Assembly: GCA_045127215.1 (NCBI GenBank)
Contig: JBGVPV010000086.1
Location: 16,472 to 80,471 of the forward strand
DNA from: Eubacteriales bacterium
GTDB lineage: Bacteria > Bacillota > Clostridia > Oscillospirales > CAG-272
DNA length: 64,000 nt
Reading direction: 5' to 3'
Shown: positions 8,968 through 18,989 of the stretch, one piece after another
How positions within the stretch are numbered: position 1 is the stretch's first letter
Layout: every line of letters begins with the position of its first letter
Made by a program: the position numbers and the translations under genes
Notes under the pieces: model-generated
Database searches by the model: none
Seen by the model: only the letters and a program-made list of their open reading frames with translations
Told to the model about the DNA's origin: nothing

Positions 8968-9698
8968 CTCGCACCCTCCTTTACTATCTTGATAAAGGCC
9001 TTCTCAATACTGTCCTCTCCCATCTTTGTCATAATTTCTTGCGGTGTTTCGCATATAAGAAGCTTTCCGTCCTTCATTATTGCAATACGGTCAGAGAGAG
9101 CCTCGGCTTCTTCCATATAATGAGTTGTGAGTATGATGGTAACGCTACCTTTAAGCGAATTTATCACGTCCCAAAGCTCACTCCTTGCAATAACGTCAAG
9201 ACCGAGCGTAGGCTCGTCAAGAAATAATATCTGCGGCTCTGAAATGAGCGCCATAGCAATACTTAGTCTGCGTGCAAATCCCCCTGAGAGCTTGCCTGCC
9301 TTTTTATTCATAACACTCGTAAGCGAAAGCTTTTGTGAAAGTGTTTCTATCTTTTCTCGGGTCTTCTCTTTGGAAAAGAGATGTATACCGCATATAAGCT
9401 CAAGATTTTCTTTTACGGATAAGCCCTTAGCGATTGCTGTCTCCTGCGGAGATACTCCTATTACAGCTTTTACTTTGTCGGGGTTTTCAGTTATGCTATG
9501 CTCCATAACATAAGCGTTGCCCGCATTTGGCTTCACTAAGCCCGACAGCATTTTGATAGTGGTAGTTTTTCCTGCACCGTTGACTCCCAACAGCGAAAAC
9601 AACTCACCACGTCTGATATCAAGCGTCAAATTATCAACTGCCAATACGTCGCCGTAGCGTTTGGTTAATCCACATATTTTAATTGCTTCCATTTTCAT
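8964..9698 (-). CDS. ABC transporter ATP-binding protein
   Basis: Walker A GVNGAGKTT, signature LSGGFARRLS, Walker B ILFLDEPTLGLD, H-loop TTHYMEEA. Confidence 0.93.
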   Translation of the reverse strand: MKMEAIKICGLTKRYGDVLAVDNLTLDIRRGELFSLLGVNGAGKTTTIKMLSGLVKPNAGNAYVMEHSITENPDKVKAVIGVSPQETAIAKGLSVKENLELICGIHLFSKEKTREKIETLSQKLSLTSVMNKKAGKLSGGFARRLSIAMALISEPQILFLDEPTLGLDVIARSELWDVINSLKGSVTIILTTHYMEEAEALSDRIAIMKDGKLLICETPQEIMTKMGEDSIEKAFIKIVKEGAR

Positions 9699-10257
9699 TA
9701 TCTCCCGTTACATGTCGTGTTCTGATACCCAGATATACGTCTGTGAGCATATCACTTATAAGCTCCCACTCAAGTTTTAAGAATGAGGTTGCCAGCATAG
9801 TAGCTATTCCGTGTACGAAAGACCACATTTCAAGATGAATGAGCTGTGCTTTTTCACGGGAAATTCCGTTTGCATTCTTTATCAACTCTACTGATGCGTC
9901 AAAATCCTCGCTGTGTGTAAGCTCTCCGTCGGATCTGTCACACATAAACAGCCACTTAAACAACTGTTTTTCCTCGTTTGCAAATTTGATATATGCCATT
10001 CCGAATGACTTATATGGCGGATATTTTCCTTCATTTAATTCTTTTTCGATAGTTGAAAAATATATTCCATAAGCTGCTTTTTTGGTTTCGTCAAGCAACT
10101 CCTCCATTGAAGAAAAATTCGAGAAAATAGGCTGAGTGGAGCAACCTATCACCGCGGCAATACTGCGTGCGTTGATGCCCTCCTCTCCGTCCTTACGTAT
10201 CATATCCAGCGTTGTTTCTATTATTTCGTCTCTCGTTACCTTTACTTTTGGCGGCAT
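9679..10257 (-). CDS. TetR/AcrR family transcriptional regulator
   Basis: 192 aa. N-terminal HTH region GINARSIAAVIGCSTQPIFSNFSSMEEL. First gene of the TetR-ABC ATPase-permease operon. Confidence 0.9.
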   Translation of the reverse strand: MPPKVKVTRDEIIETTLDMIRKDGEEGINARSIAAVIGCSTQPIFSNFSSMEELLDETKKAAYGIYFSTIEKELNEGKYPPYKSFGMAYIKFANEEKQLFKWLFMCDRSDGELTHSEDFDASVELIKNANGISREKAQLIHLEMWSFVHGIATMLATSFLKLEWELISDMLTDVYLGIRTRHVTGDNENGSN

Positions 10258-10393
10258 AGAATTTCTCCTTATATATCGATTGTTATATATCGTATGTTAT
10301 TTTATCATAATATATTGTTTTTGTCAATAACATTTTTGAAAAATATCAATAAAAAAACTCCTACCATTTTATAGAAACGATAGGAGTTTTTTG

Positions 10394-12490
10394 TTATTCA
10401 AATTCAAAAACGCATTTTCCGTTTTCAAGCTTTAATACGGCATCAAACTGTTTGCCGCTTTTTCCCGTAAACCCTTGCATCTTGGGAGTTCTTCCCGTTT
10501 GCAAAAGTGTCTTTGCGGTTGCCAGCGAAATGGTTTTTCCGCACATTGAGATCCAGATGCCGAATTTACAGCCCTGCTTATACGCTGAACAGTTGTAGCC
10601 GTATTTGCTTCGTTTGACCTCTGCGCCGCACATTGGGCACACGCCTACAACGTCTCCAAAGAAGCCTATATCGCTATCTTCTTCGGGTGTCTGAGCGGTT
10701 TTATGAAAATATCTGCTTATCTCGCTTTTTGCAAGCTCGACGCTGTCGGATACCGCATACTCCCCTCGGAAAACCTTTTTGAGCGCTTTACCCATTTCCG
10801 AGGTTTTGAACTTGTCCATATTTATATTCAACCGTGCAAGTGACTCGATCATATAAATGCCGTCGGGCAAGATGGTATAAACGTCTTTTTTGAGCTGAAT
10901 ATATCCACTTTTACGCGCGTTATCGATGATGCCGGTTCGGGTAGCTTCGGTACCGAGCTCAACACCCTCAAGCATTGCCTTGTATTCTTCCGCGTCGTCA
11001 GCACCCATCGAATCGTCAATCGAAGCCTTTTCCTCGCGGAAAGGATTCTTAAGGTAATTATTCAAGGTCTCGATGGTGTAGTGCTTAGGCGGTGAGGTCT
11101 GCTTTTCGGTGGGAACAAAATTTATATTGACTACGTCACCCTTTTTCAAGTCCGGAAGGAATTTGTCCTTTTGAGTCGTGTCGTCGTATTTCGTCCATCC
11201 GCGTTCTTTGATGGCCATACCCTTTAGCAAAAAGTCCTCAAGCTCACCAACACTTACCGTCATTTCCACGCGCTCAACTATACATTCCTCACTGCAAAAT
11301 ACCGCAACGAATCGTCTGAAAACAGTTGAATAAACCTGCATTTCAGCCTCGGAGAGTTTATTCTTGTCGGGTATTTTATATGTAGGAGTTATTGCGGAGT
11401 GTGACTCTATCTTGCTGTCGTCAAAAATAGTCTTCTTATCCTTGAATACTACGGGATAGCCAAGCTTTGCGCAATTCTCAAGTATTTTTCTGACCTTGCC
11501 CTTCTCTGCCGTCGCCATATATTCGGAATTGGTTCGGGGATACGTAAGATATCCCTCCTCGTAAAGCTTCTGCACGATCTCAAGGCTCTCTGCCATAGAC
11601 ATCTTATATTTCTTACCGAGAACGTTCTGAAGCTTTGAGAGCGAATACAGCTTACCGCAAAAAAGCGTTTCCTTCTTTCTCTTGAGTGAGGTTACGGTTG
11701 CGGTTTGTGCGTTATATTCGTCGCATTTTCTTTTGACTTCATTCGGGCGATCGTAGGCAAACTTTTGCTTGCTTACAAGCTCCACTATCTCACCGTTTGT
11801 CTCTTCTTTACTTGCAATTGCGTAGTATTTCTCAGGCACGAAATTCTTTATTGCCATATCTCTGTCATATATGGCTTTTACAATAGGAACTATAACGCGA
11901 CCTACGCGAAGCAAGCTGCCTGTTCTGAGCGTGGCGTATCTGGTAAGATTTACGCCGTAAAGCCAGTCGATGTACGTTCTGGCATATCCCTCGTTTGCAA
12001 GATTGTCATAGTCGGCGTCAGGCTTCATATCCGCAAAGGAAGCCGCCACCGTCTGCGGCGTCTGATCGGGCAGCCAAAGACGACGTATATCCTTCTTAGT
12101 CTTCAACGCGCAGCTGATACAGTTGCGCACGATTATCTCACCCTCACGGTCAGCGTCTCCTGCGTTTACTATAACGTCAACATCGGCGCGATTACAAAGT
12201 GCTTCAATAGTTTTGAATTGCTTAAGTACGCCCGAGTCCACCTGCTTGTCCTTATCCTTGCGCAGTTCATAAGAAAAAGATTCGGGAAAGCACGGCAGAT
12301 TATCCATACTCCATCTGCCCGTAGGCGAGGGATTATAATGCTCAATGTCAGCAAGAGAAAAGAGGTGACCGAATGCCCACGTTATAAGGCAATCGTTCGA
12401 TTCCAGATAACCGTCACGGCGGCGGAATTCGCCGATACCTGCGGCGATATTCCTTGCAAGACTCGGTTTTTCTGCAATTATAAGTACCAT
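10394..12490 (-). CDS. topB: DNA topoisomerase III
   Basis: Toprim N-terminus VLIIAEKPS...GHLF. Active-site Tyr region GYLTYPRTNSEY. C-terminal zinc-ribbon CPMCG...CSAYKQGC. The ATG at 12490 is preceded by GGAGG; the ORF-track start at 12517 adds 9 unlikely residues. Confidence 0.93.
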   Translation of the reverse strand: MVLIIAEKPSLARNIAAGIGEFRRRDGYLESNDCLITWAFGHLFSLADIEHYNPSPTGRWSMDNLPCFPESFSYELRKDKDKQVDSGVLKQFKTIEALCNRADVDVIVNAGDADREGEIIVRNCISCALKTKKDIRRLWLPDQTPQTVAASFADMKPDADYDNLANEGYARTYIDWLYGVNLTRYATLRTGSLLRVGRVIVPIVKAIYDRDMAIKNFVPEKYYAIASKEETNGEIVELVSKQKFAYDRPNEVKRKCDEYNAQTATVTSLKRKKETLFCGKLYSLSKLQNVLGKKYKMSMAESLEIVQKLYEEGYLTYPRTNSEYMATAEKGKVRKILENCAKLGYPVVFKDKKTIFDDSKIESHSAITPTYKIPDKNKLSEAEMQVYSTVFRRFVAVFCSEECIVERVEMTVSVGELEDFLLKGMAIKERGWTKYDDTTQKDKFLPDLKKGDVVNINFVPTEKQTSPPKHYTIETLNNYLKNPFREEKASIDDSMGADDAEEYKAMLEGVELGTEATRTGIIDNARKSGYIQLKKDVYTILPDGIYMIESLARLNINMDKFKTSEMGKALKKVFRGEYAVSDSVELAKSEISRYFHKTAQTPEEDSDIGFFGDVVGVCPMCGAEVKRSKYGYNCSAYKQGCKFGIWISMCGKTISLATAKTLLQTGRTPKMQGFTGKSGKQFDAVLKLENGKCVFEFE

Positions 12491-12560
12491 TATACCTCCA
12501 AATTCAAGCAAAGCCATCGGCTATTCACCGATGGCTTTGTGAAACGATATTAAGTATTAA

Positions 12561-12968
12561 TTAAAGATACTTCTTAACGATGTCACTTGCTTCCTCAACA
12601 GGAATAGAGGATGTGATAACAACGTTAACGTTAGTCTTTGCGATAAGAGCGCTGAGAGCGTCAACAAATGTATCAAACGCAGCAACGTCGTTATTACAGA
12701 TCTTAAGAGCGGAATCAACAAACAGATCGGTTACGTCGTGATTGCTTGCCAATATTCCGGCGATGAATCCATAAAGGGACTGAGCGTCGGAAACGTAGTA
12801 CTCGTTTACGTCTATAAGTCTTGCTTTATACTTTACGTCGTAACGGAGCTTTGTACCCTTTTCGATACAAACAACGTCACCCTGAGTATTTTCAACTGCG
12901 GTATTTACCAGATTAATGAGATTCTTAGTCTTACCAGTGCCTTTTACACCGATTATCAATTTTAACAT
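12561..12968 (-). CDS. Small P-loop NTPase-like hypothetical protein (136 aa)
   Basis: Walker A GVKGTGKT near the N-terminus and a Walker-B-like hydrophobic strand plus Asp (DLFVDSA). GGAGG RBS precedes the ATG at 12968. Confidence 0.6.
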   Translation of the reverse strand: MLKLIIGVKGTGKTKNLINLVNTAVENTQGDVVCIEKGTKLRYDVKYKARLIDVNEYYVSDAQSLYGFIAGILASNHDVTDLFVDSALKICNNDVAAFDTFVDALSALIAKTNVNVVITSSIPVEEASDIVKKYL

Positions 12969-13064
12969 TACGGACCTCCGAATTTTTATTGCAGAAACTC
13001 TGCTCATATATATTATAACTCATAACTTCGCTTTTTGCAAGAGTAAATTTGCAAAAAATCTCAA

Positions 13065-14405
13065 TTATTTTAATCTTTCTTCAAGCGCCTGCTTTTCAGC
13101 CTCGTATCCGGGCTTTCCAAGGAGGGCAAACATATTCTTTTTGTATGCTTCAACGCCGGGCTGATTGAAGGGATTTACTCCGAGTACGTATCCCGAAACG
13201 CCACAAGCGAGCTCAAAGAAGTATATAAGCTGACCGAGTGAATATTCGCTCTTGTCTTCAACCTCGATAAGAATATTAGGCGCATTACCGTCTACGTGCG
13301 CAAGAATTGTTCCCTGCATAGCCTTGAGGTTTACCTCGTTGAGATCAACTCCCGCAAGGAAATTAAGTCCGTCGACGTTTGCTTCATCAAACGGGATCTC
13401 AAACTTTACCGGTGCGTTCTTTACGTGCACAACGGTTTCAAAGAGATTTCTCTGTCCGTCCTGAATGATCTGACCGAGAGAGTGGAGATCGGTTGAGAAG
13501 ATAACGGACGCGGGGAAAATACCCTTGCCGTCTTTTCCTTCACTCTCTCCGTAGAGCTGCTTCCACCACTCGTTGAACATAGCCGCATAAGGCTCGTAGC
13601 TTACGAGTATTTCCATGGACTTACCGCCACGGTAAAGCGCGTTTCTGATAGCTACGTACTTCATGCAGTCGTTCTCAGTGATGTCAGAGCTTGCGTTGTA
13701 AAGCTTAGCCGCGTCGGATGCGCCCTTCATAAGCATATCAACGTCAATTCCCGCAACGGCAATAGGAAGAAGTCCTACTGCGGTAAGCACGGAAAATCTA
13801 CCGCCAACGTTATCCGGAACTACGAAGGTCTCGTAACCTGCTTCGGTGGAGAACTCTTTGAGTGTTCCCTTTGCCTTATCGGTGGTTACGAATATTCTTT
13901 CTCTTGCGCCCTCGACTCCGTACTTCTTTTCAAGCATTGCGCGGAATACGCGGAAAGCGACAGCAGGCTCGGTGGTTGTACCGGACTTAGAGATTACGTT
14001 GATACAAACGTCCTTGCCCTCGCAGATACTGAGAAGCTCAGTAAGAGACTGAGCGCTTATGTTACATCCCGCAAAATATATATCGGGAGTATCCTTCTTA
14101 AGATTGTTGTAAACGGGAGATTTTAAAAACTCAATAACGGCTCTCGCGCCGAGATAAGAACCGCCGATTCCTATTACCACGAATACGTCACAGCTCTTTT
14201 TTACCTTTTCAGCCGCCGCTTTGATACGGGCAAATTCCTCTTTATCGTAGTCGTCGGGGAGAGTTATCCAGCCAAGGAAATCGCTACCCTCACCGCCTCC
14301 CGCAAGAAGCTTTGCGTGAGCCGCGGAAACCTCGGACTGCATATCGAGAATGTCTTTATCACTCAAAAATGATTTAACGTATTTATCGTTTAATTTCAAC
14401 GTCAT
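13065..14405 (-). CDS. pgi: Glucose-6-phosphate isomerase
   Basis: 446 aa, Firmicutes-type PGI. Motifs [62 protein letters not shown]. Confidence 0.95.
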   Translation of the reverse strand: MTLKLNDKYVKSFLSDKDILDMQSEVSAAHAKLLAGGGEGSDFLGWITLPDDYDKEEFARIKAAAEKVKKSCDVFVVIGIGGSYLGARAVIEFLKSPVYNNLKKDTPDIYFAGCNISAQSLTELLSICEGKDVCINVISKSGTTTEPAVAFRVFRAMLEKKYGVEGARERIFVTTDKAKGTLKEFSTEAGYETFVVPDNVGGRFSVLTAVGLLPIAVAGIDVDMLMKGASDAAKLYNASSDITENDCMKYVAIRNALYRGGKSMEILVSYEPYAAMFNEWWKQLYGESEGKDGKGIFPASVIFSTDLHSLGQIIQDGQRNLFETVVHVKNAPVKFEIPFDEANVDGLNFLAGVDLNEVNLKAMQGTILAHVDGNAPNILIEVEDKSEYSLGQLIYFFELACGVSGYVLGVNPFNQPGVEAYKKNMFALLGKPGYEAEKQALEERLK

Positions 14406-14527
14406 TTGGTGCCTCCAAAAAAATAAATATTAAAAATTATTATATAATACATTTTATTATAATTTGATAATATTTTGTTATTTTTTTGTAACAATTACAA
14501 AAAAACCTTACTTTTTGTCGACTCAAA

Positions 14528-15682
14528 TCATTTCAGCAGCATTTTTGAGAAAATTCTGACAAAGATCCTCCAGAAATTTATCTTCTCAACACCGTGCTCG
14601 GTAAGTATTTTGGCTCTGCCGAGCTCTTCCCCGTCAAGCGTATATATCACCTCTCCCACCTCGCTTTCTATTGAAAAAGGCGCGGTTATATTCGGCTGTA
14701 CGGAAACGCTTGTTTTAACGTTTGCCGATTTTTTCTTGGGGATCACCGTCACAAACTCCTCCGCCACAAGCGAGCATGAGTCTTCCATGCCCTTAAGTAC
14801 CTTAATATCGGCGAGATCCCTGTATTGATGCTTATATATAGAGTAGTTGGAAAATCCGTAATTCAAAAGTGATACCGCCGCGGCGTTTCTTGAGTCTCGT
14901 GTGTCAGCTCCCATTATGACGGCAATAAGCGTCATATCTCCACGCTTTGCGGTTGCAGTAATACAAAAGCCTGCCTTTGCCGTTGAGCCTGTTTTGAGGC
15001 CCGTAGCCCCCTCGTAAAAACGGATCAGGCGATTGGTGTTGGTAAGTCCGAACTCTCCGTTTCGTATGGTATCCATCCATATACGGCTGTATTCCGTTAT
15101 CTTAGGGTATTTAATAAGCTCGCGTGACATTATGGCAATATCCTTGGCGGACGTCAGATGCGTGTCGGTGGTGTCGTCAAGTCCGTTGGTATTTTCGAAT
15201 ACCGTATCGTTCATGCCAAGCTCTTTGGCGCGTGCGTTCATCTGCTCAACAAAAGCTTCCTCAGTACCCGCTACCTGCTCCGCAAGAGCCACGGCGGCAT
15301 CGTTTGCCGAGGCAATTACAACGCTTTTTAAAAGATCCTCTACGGACATCTGCTCGCCAACTTCAAGATATATCTGCGAGCCGCCCATAGAACACGCGTG
15401 TTCGCTCGCGCTTACCATATCGGTGTATTTTATCTGCCCACGCTCGATGGCCTCCATAACCAAAAGTAAGGTCATCACCTTGGTGACCGACGCAGGCGGC
15501 AACGGTTGACTCTCGTTTTGGGCATATAGTATCTTCCCCGTCTGCGCTTCCATCAAGACCGCAGATTTGCAGTCGAGCGATAAAGACGCGCCGACTTTCT
15601 CGGCGGACACAGGCAGTAAAAATGCGGATAATAAAACAGTGGCAACAACTAAAAACGCTATCAGCCTTTGAAATTTCTTCAT
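14528..15682 (-). CDS. D-alanyl-D-alanine carboxypeptidase (S11, PBP5/DacB/DacF-like)
   Basis: Signal peptide, SxxK (SVTK), SxN (SAND) and KTG (LKTGST) motifs, and a C-terminal beta-sandwich domain. Confidence 0.92.
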   Translation of the reverse strand: MKKFQRLIAFLVVATVLLSAFLLPVSAEKVGASLSLDCKSAVLMEAQTGKILYAQNESQPLPPASVTKVMTLLLVMEAIERGQIKYTDMVSASEHACSMGGSQIYLEVGEQMSVEDLLKSVVIASANDAAVALAEQVAGTEEAFVEQMNARAKELGMNDTVFENTNGLDDTTDTHLTSAKDIAIMSRELIKYPKITEYSRIWMDTIRNGEFGLTNTNRLIRFYEGATGLKTGSTAKAGFCITATAKRGDMTLIAVIMGADTRDSRNAAAVSLLNYGFSNYSIYKHQYRDLADIKVLKGMEDSCSLVAEEFVTVIPKKKSANVKTSVSVQPNITAPFSIESEVGEVIYTLDGEELGRAKILTEHGVEKINFWRIFVRIFSKMLLK

Positions 15683-15756
15683 ATCACGTATCTCCTCATA
15701 AACTAAATTCTTTTACGTAAATTTATGCGGGGAAGACGTGATATATGAGATTAAAA

Positions 15757-15782
15757 GTAAAAAGCCCTCGCAGAACGAGGGC
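15757..15782 (-). terminator. Terminator of the LRR lipoprotein gene
   Basis: gccctcg-cagaa-cgagggc hairpin followed on the minus strand by ttttt, 13 nt beyond the stop codon. Confidence 0.65.
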
Positions 15783-15794
15783 TTCGCCATTTTA

Positions 15795-17774
15795 CTACAG
15801 TTGCCTTTCTGTATTTCCATCGGTACAATATACGGTATACTTGTGGGTTAAATAATTCCAACCTTGAACTTTATCAATTGCCTTCCATTGCTCTATAGTA
15901 CCTGCGAAAGTAATACTTACAAGATTTGGGCAATTATAAAGTGCATTTTTACCAATGCTTGTGACACTTGCAGGAATTGTTATAGTCGTGAGGTTATTGC
16001 AACCGTAAAATGTAGTATTACCAATACTTGTAACACCGTTTGGAATTACAATACTTATAAGATTGCTACAACGATTGAATGCGGCCTCGCCAATGCTTAT
16101 AACACTATCGGGAATAGTTATATTTACAAGGCTACTGCACCCGAAAAATGAATGTTGTCCTATAGTAGTGACGCTGACAGGAATAACTACGTTAATAAGA
16201 CTATTACAGTTAAGGAATGTAAAAGCACTGATATTTGTAACGCCATCTGGAATGGTTATATTTTTAAGACTGGTACATTCTTGGAAGGCAGCGACACCAA
16301 TCACAGTAACGCTGTCGGGAATTTCTATGCTCACAAGGCTACTGCAATCGGCGAACGCCCTGCTGCCAATATTCATGACGCTGTTGGGAATTTCTATGCT
16401 TACAAGGCTACTGCAACCGGAGAATACCCCATTTTCTATATTCGTAATACTTTCAGGAATTTCTATACTCACAAGACTACTGCAATCACTAAATGCATAA
16501 ATACCAATATTTGTAACACTGCCAGGTACTGTGATATTTGTTAAGCTATTACATTCGGCGAACATAAAATTGCTTATGCTCGTTATGCCGTAGGAAATTG
16601 TTACATTCGTCAGATTTTGACAAGATCTAAAAGCCGAATGACCAATGCTCGTAACATTATCGGGAATTTTCACATTTGCAAGACTGGTGCACTCGGAAAA
16701 TGCATGATCTCCTAATCTCTTGACACTGTCAGAAATTAATAAGCTTGAAAGGTTACTGCAAGATCTAAACGCTTGATTCCCAATACTCGTGACACCGTTG
16801 GGAATATTAAGACTTGTAAGGCTACTGCAACCATAAAATGCATAATTGTCGATACACGTGACACTGTTGGAAATATTAAGGTTTGCAAGACTACTGCAAC
16901 CATAGAACGCATAAGCACCAATATACGTGACACTATTTGGAATCATTATGCCCGTTATATCATTATTATCTTGAAATGCAGAATGGCCGATCTTTGTAAC
17001 GGGTAATCCCTTATACACGCTCGGAATTATAATTTCTGTATCCGTACATGTTCCAATACCAATAACCGTATAAGTTCCATCAGAAATCAAACAGTATGCA
17101 AGTCCCTGACTGCAATTTATATCCATTCCGCAATAAGTGCAAATCGAATTTTCAAAATTATGACTATCATTTTCCGGTATTATTGTTTGGGCTGTGATAA
17201 TCTCACCACACTTAACGCACTTTTGGCCATCGGTAAGACCTTCCGAGGCGCAGGTTGCAGGAGTGCCTGCTATGGTCTCCAGCTCTAAATGGAGGCAAAC
17301 GTTATCATTTAACTTGAATTGATAGTCTTTATAATTGCAGTTCTTGCAATTACGATAACGTATTCCGTTACAGTAATCATTACCTTCGCACAAAATTATC
17401 CATTTATCGAAGGAATGCTTACAGTTTTTCTGTTCCTCAGTTTCGGTCTTGAATCTGAGATCATTCCAACCCTTGCCGTTATTGTAGGATATCTCCCAAA
17501 AATCCGTCAGATCGTTTTTGCGGATCTCGGGAAGTATTCCATTTTGGAATTCATCTCCGTGAACTACTTCAAACCATTCTTCGTAGGTAAGAGGAGTCTC
17601 TCCGATCTCTTCCACATAATCAAGATATATCTCATAGACTAAGGGCATATTTACATTCTTGAAATAGTCATCTGTCGTGCCGTTTGATAAATCGTCATCG
17701 TCACACGCACTCAGCGATATGCAGAATATAATCATAAAGATCACAGACAAAAAACTTATTACTTTTTTCTTCAT
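15795..17774 (-). CDS. BspA-type leucine-rich-repeat surface lipoprotein
   Basis: Lipoprotein signal MKKKVISFLSVIFMIIFCISLSAC. A Cys-rich middle part carries several CxxC pairs. It is followed by about 15-16 tandem 23-aa repeats of the form IPxSVTxIGxxAFxxCxSLxxI. Confidence 0.85.
   Translation of the reverse strand: MKKKVISFLSVIFMIIFCISLSACDDDDLSNGTTDDYFKNVNMPLVYEIYLDYVEEIGETPLTYEEWFEVVHGDEFQNGILPEIRKNDLTDFWEISYNNGKGWNDLRFKTETEEQKNCKHSFDKWIILCEGNDYCNGIRYRNCKNCNYKDYQFKLNDNVCLHLELETIAGTPATCASEGLTDGQKCVKCGEIITAQTIIPENDSHNFENSICTYCGMDINCSQGLAYCLISDGTYTVIGIGTCTDTEIIIPSVYKGLPVTKIGHSAFQDNNDITGIMIPNSVTYIGAYAFYGCSSLANLNISNSVTCIDNYAFYGCSSLTSLNIPNGVTSIGNQAFRSCSNLSSLLISDSVKRLGDHAFSECTSLANVKIPDNVTSIGHSAFRSCQNLTNVTISYGITSISNFMFAECNSLTNITVPGSVTNIGIYAFSDCSSLVSIEIPESITNIENGVFSGCSSLVSIEIPNSVMNIGSRAFADCSSLVSIEIPDSVTVIGVAAFQECTSLKNITIPDGVTNISAFTFLNCNSLINVVIPVSVTTIGQHSFFGCSSLVNITIPDSVISIGEAAFNRCSNLISIVIPNGVTSIGNTTFYGCNNLTTITIPASVTSIGKNALYNCPNLVSITFAGTIEQWKAIDKVQGWNYLTHKYTVYCTDGNTERQL
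15915..17027 (-). repeat. Tandem 69-bp (23-codon) coding repeats of the LRR domain
   Basis: Repeat units can be read directly from the translation (NSVTYIGAYAFYGCSSLANLNIS, NSVTCIDNYAFYGCSSLTSLNIP, ... ASVTSIGKNALYNCPNLVSITFA). Three consecutive units end in the identical CSSLVSIEIP. Confidence 0.8.
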
Positions 17775-17933
17775 TTTTCTGCTCCTTTAAATATACTTGA
17801 GTTTCGGTTATTGTCGATATGATATATCAATGTAATTATACCACCATTTACTAAATAATTAAATTGACATAATAGACGAAATATCTATGCGAATTTTGTG
17901 CAGTTTAGAGTGCTCATATTTACATTATGAAAA

Positions 17934-17972
17934 CAAAAAAACGGTGAGGATCGAGGTTGCGATCCACACCGT
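17934..17972 (-). terminator. Terminator of the dnaX-ybaB-recR operon
   Basis: 13-bp interrupted stem acggtgaggatcg/cgatccacaccgt, followed on the minus strand by ttttttt, about 40 nt after the recR stop. Confidence 0.8.
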
Positions 17973-18012
17973 TTTATAGTATTTGCATTCAATTAGCTAT
18001 TTGATTTTAAGA

Positions 18013-18612
18013 TCAAACGTCACGTCTGCCTTCGAGGGCGCGTCCGAGCGTTACCTCGTCTGCGTATTCAAGGTCAGAGCCTACGGGAATTCCGTAAGCG
18101 AGGCGCGTGACCTTAACTCCGAGCGGCTTGAGATATTTGGAAATATACATCGCCGTAACCTCGCCGTTCTGAGTCGGGTTAGTTGCGATTATTACTTCCT
18201 TTACGTCTCCCTCCCCCACTCTCTCGATAAGCTCTTTAATACCTATCTTATCGGGGGTTATGCCGTTAACGGGAGAGATCGCGCCGTGAAGCACGTGATA
18301 AACTCCCTTGTATTCCCTTACCTTTTCGATAGACATAAGCGCCTTAACGTCCTCTACCACGCAAATAACCGAGGTATCTCTGGAGAGATCCGAGCAAACG
18401 TAGCAGACGTCCTTATCGGTAAGATTTGAGCATATAGGGCATTTATGTATATTCTTTTTCGCATTAACGATAGCATCCGCAAACGCCGCGGCGGCTTCAT
18501 CATCAAGCTCAAGCACGGAAAACGCCATTCTCATAGCGCTCTTTTTTCCCACACCCTGTAATCTTGCAAATCTTTCAGCAAGCACCTGCAAGGATTCGAT
18601 ATAATCAAGCAT
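18013..18612 (-). CDS. recR: Recombination protein RecR
   Basis: 199 aa. HhH N-terminus GVGKKSAMR, C4 zinc finger CPICSNLTDKDVCYVC, and Toprim domain. Confidence 0.96.
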   Translation of the reverse strand: MLDYIESLQVLAERFARLQGVGKKSAMRMAFSVLELDDEAAAAFADAIVNAKKNIHKCPICSNLTDKDVCYVCSDLSRDTSVICVVEDVKALMSIEKVREYKGVYHVLHGAISPVNGITPDKIGIKELIERVGEGDVKEVIIATNPTQNGEVTAMYISKYLKPLGVKVTRLAYGIPVGSDLEYADEVTLGRALEGRRDV

Positions 18613-18613
18613 A

Positions 18614-18970
18614 TCAGAAAAGTCCGGGCATACCGGGCATGCCGAGCGAACCGGTTATCTTAGACATCTCTGCGTTATTGGTGTCTTCAACACGCTTGAT
18701 AGCCTCGTTTACTGCCGCAACGAGAATATCGGAAAGTGTCTCTATATCATCGGGATCGACGATCTCAGGCTGAATGTCGATGGAAAGTATCTCCTTTTTG
18801 CCGTTGATCTTAACGCCAACTACTCCACCGCCTGCGGAAATATCATACTCGCGCGCATCAAGATCTTCCTGAAGCGCCGCCATATCCTCCTGCATCTTCT
18901 GCGCCTGCTTCAGCATAGCGTTCATATTTTGCGGACCGCCGCCCATTCCTTTTGGTATATTAGCTCTCAT
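18614..18970 (-). CDS. ybaB: YbaB/EbfC family nucleoid-associated protein
   Basis: 118 aa. Contains NMNAMLKQAQKMQEDM...GGGVVGVKINGKKEILSIDI and a GMPGMPGLF tail. It occupies the conserved position between dnaX and recR. Confidence 0.93.
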   Translation of the reverse strand: MRANIPKGMGGGPQNMNAMLKQAQKMQEDMAALQEDLDAREYDISAGGGVVGVKINGKKEILSIDIQPEIVDPDDIETLSDILVAAVNEAIKRVEDTNNAEMSKITGSLGMPGMPGLF

Positions 18971-18989
18971 TTTTTATATATCTCCTTTT

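Noticed and set aside
12491-12517. N-terminal extensions proposed by the ORF track, here for topB. The same applies at 2984, 6692, 12969-13007, 25628-25651, 25770, 33869-33880, 37859-37891, 40604, 48877-48894, 59804-59821 and 60526-60540.
   Set aside because: - In each case a downstream ATG or TTG lies 5-9 nt after a GGAGG-like RBS.
- That downstream start also aligns with the conserved N-terminus of the family.
- The upstream starts lack an RBS or lie upstream of the predicted transcription start.
15915-17027. A regularly spaced DNA repeat array that might be mistaken for a CRISPR or other non-coding array.
   Set aside because: - The period is 69 bp with no unique spacers.
- The array is in frame within a long ORF.
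- It translates to canonical BspA-type leucine-rich repeats.
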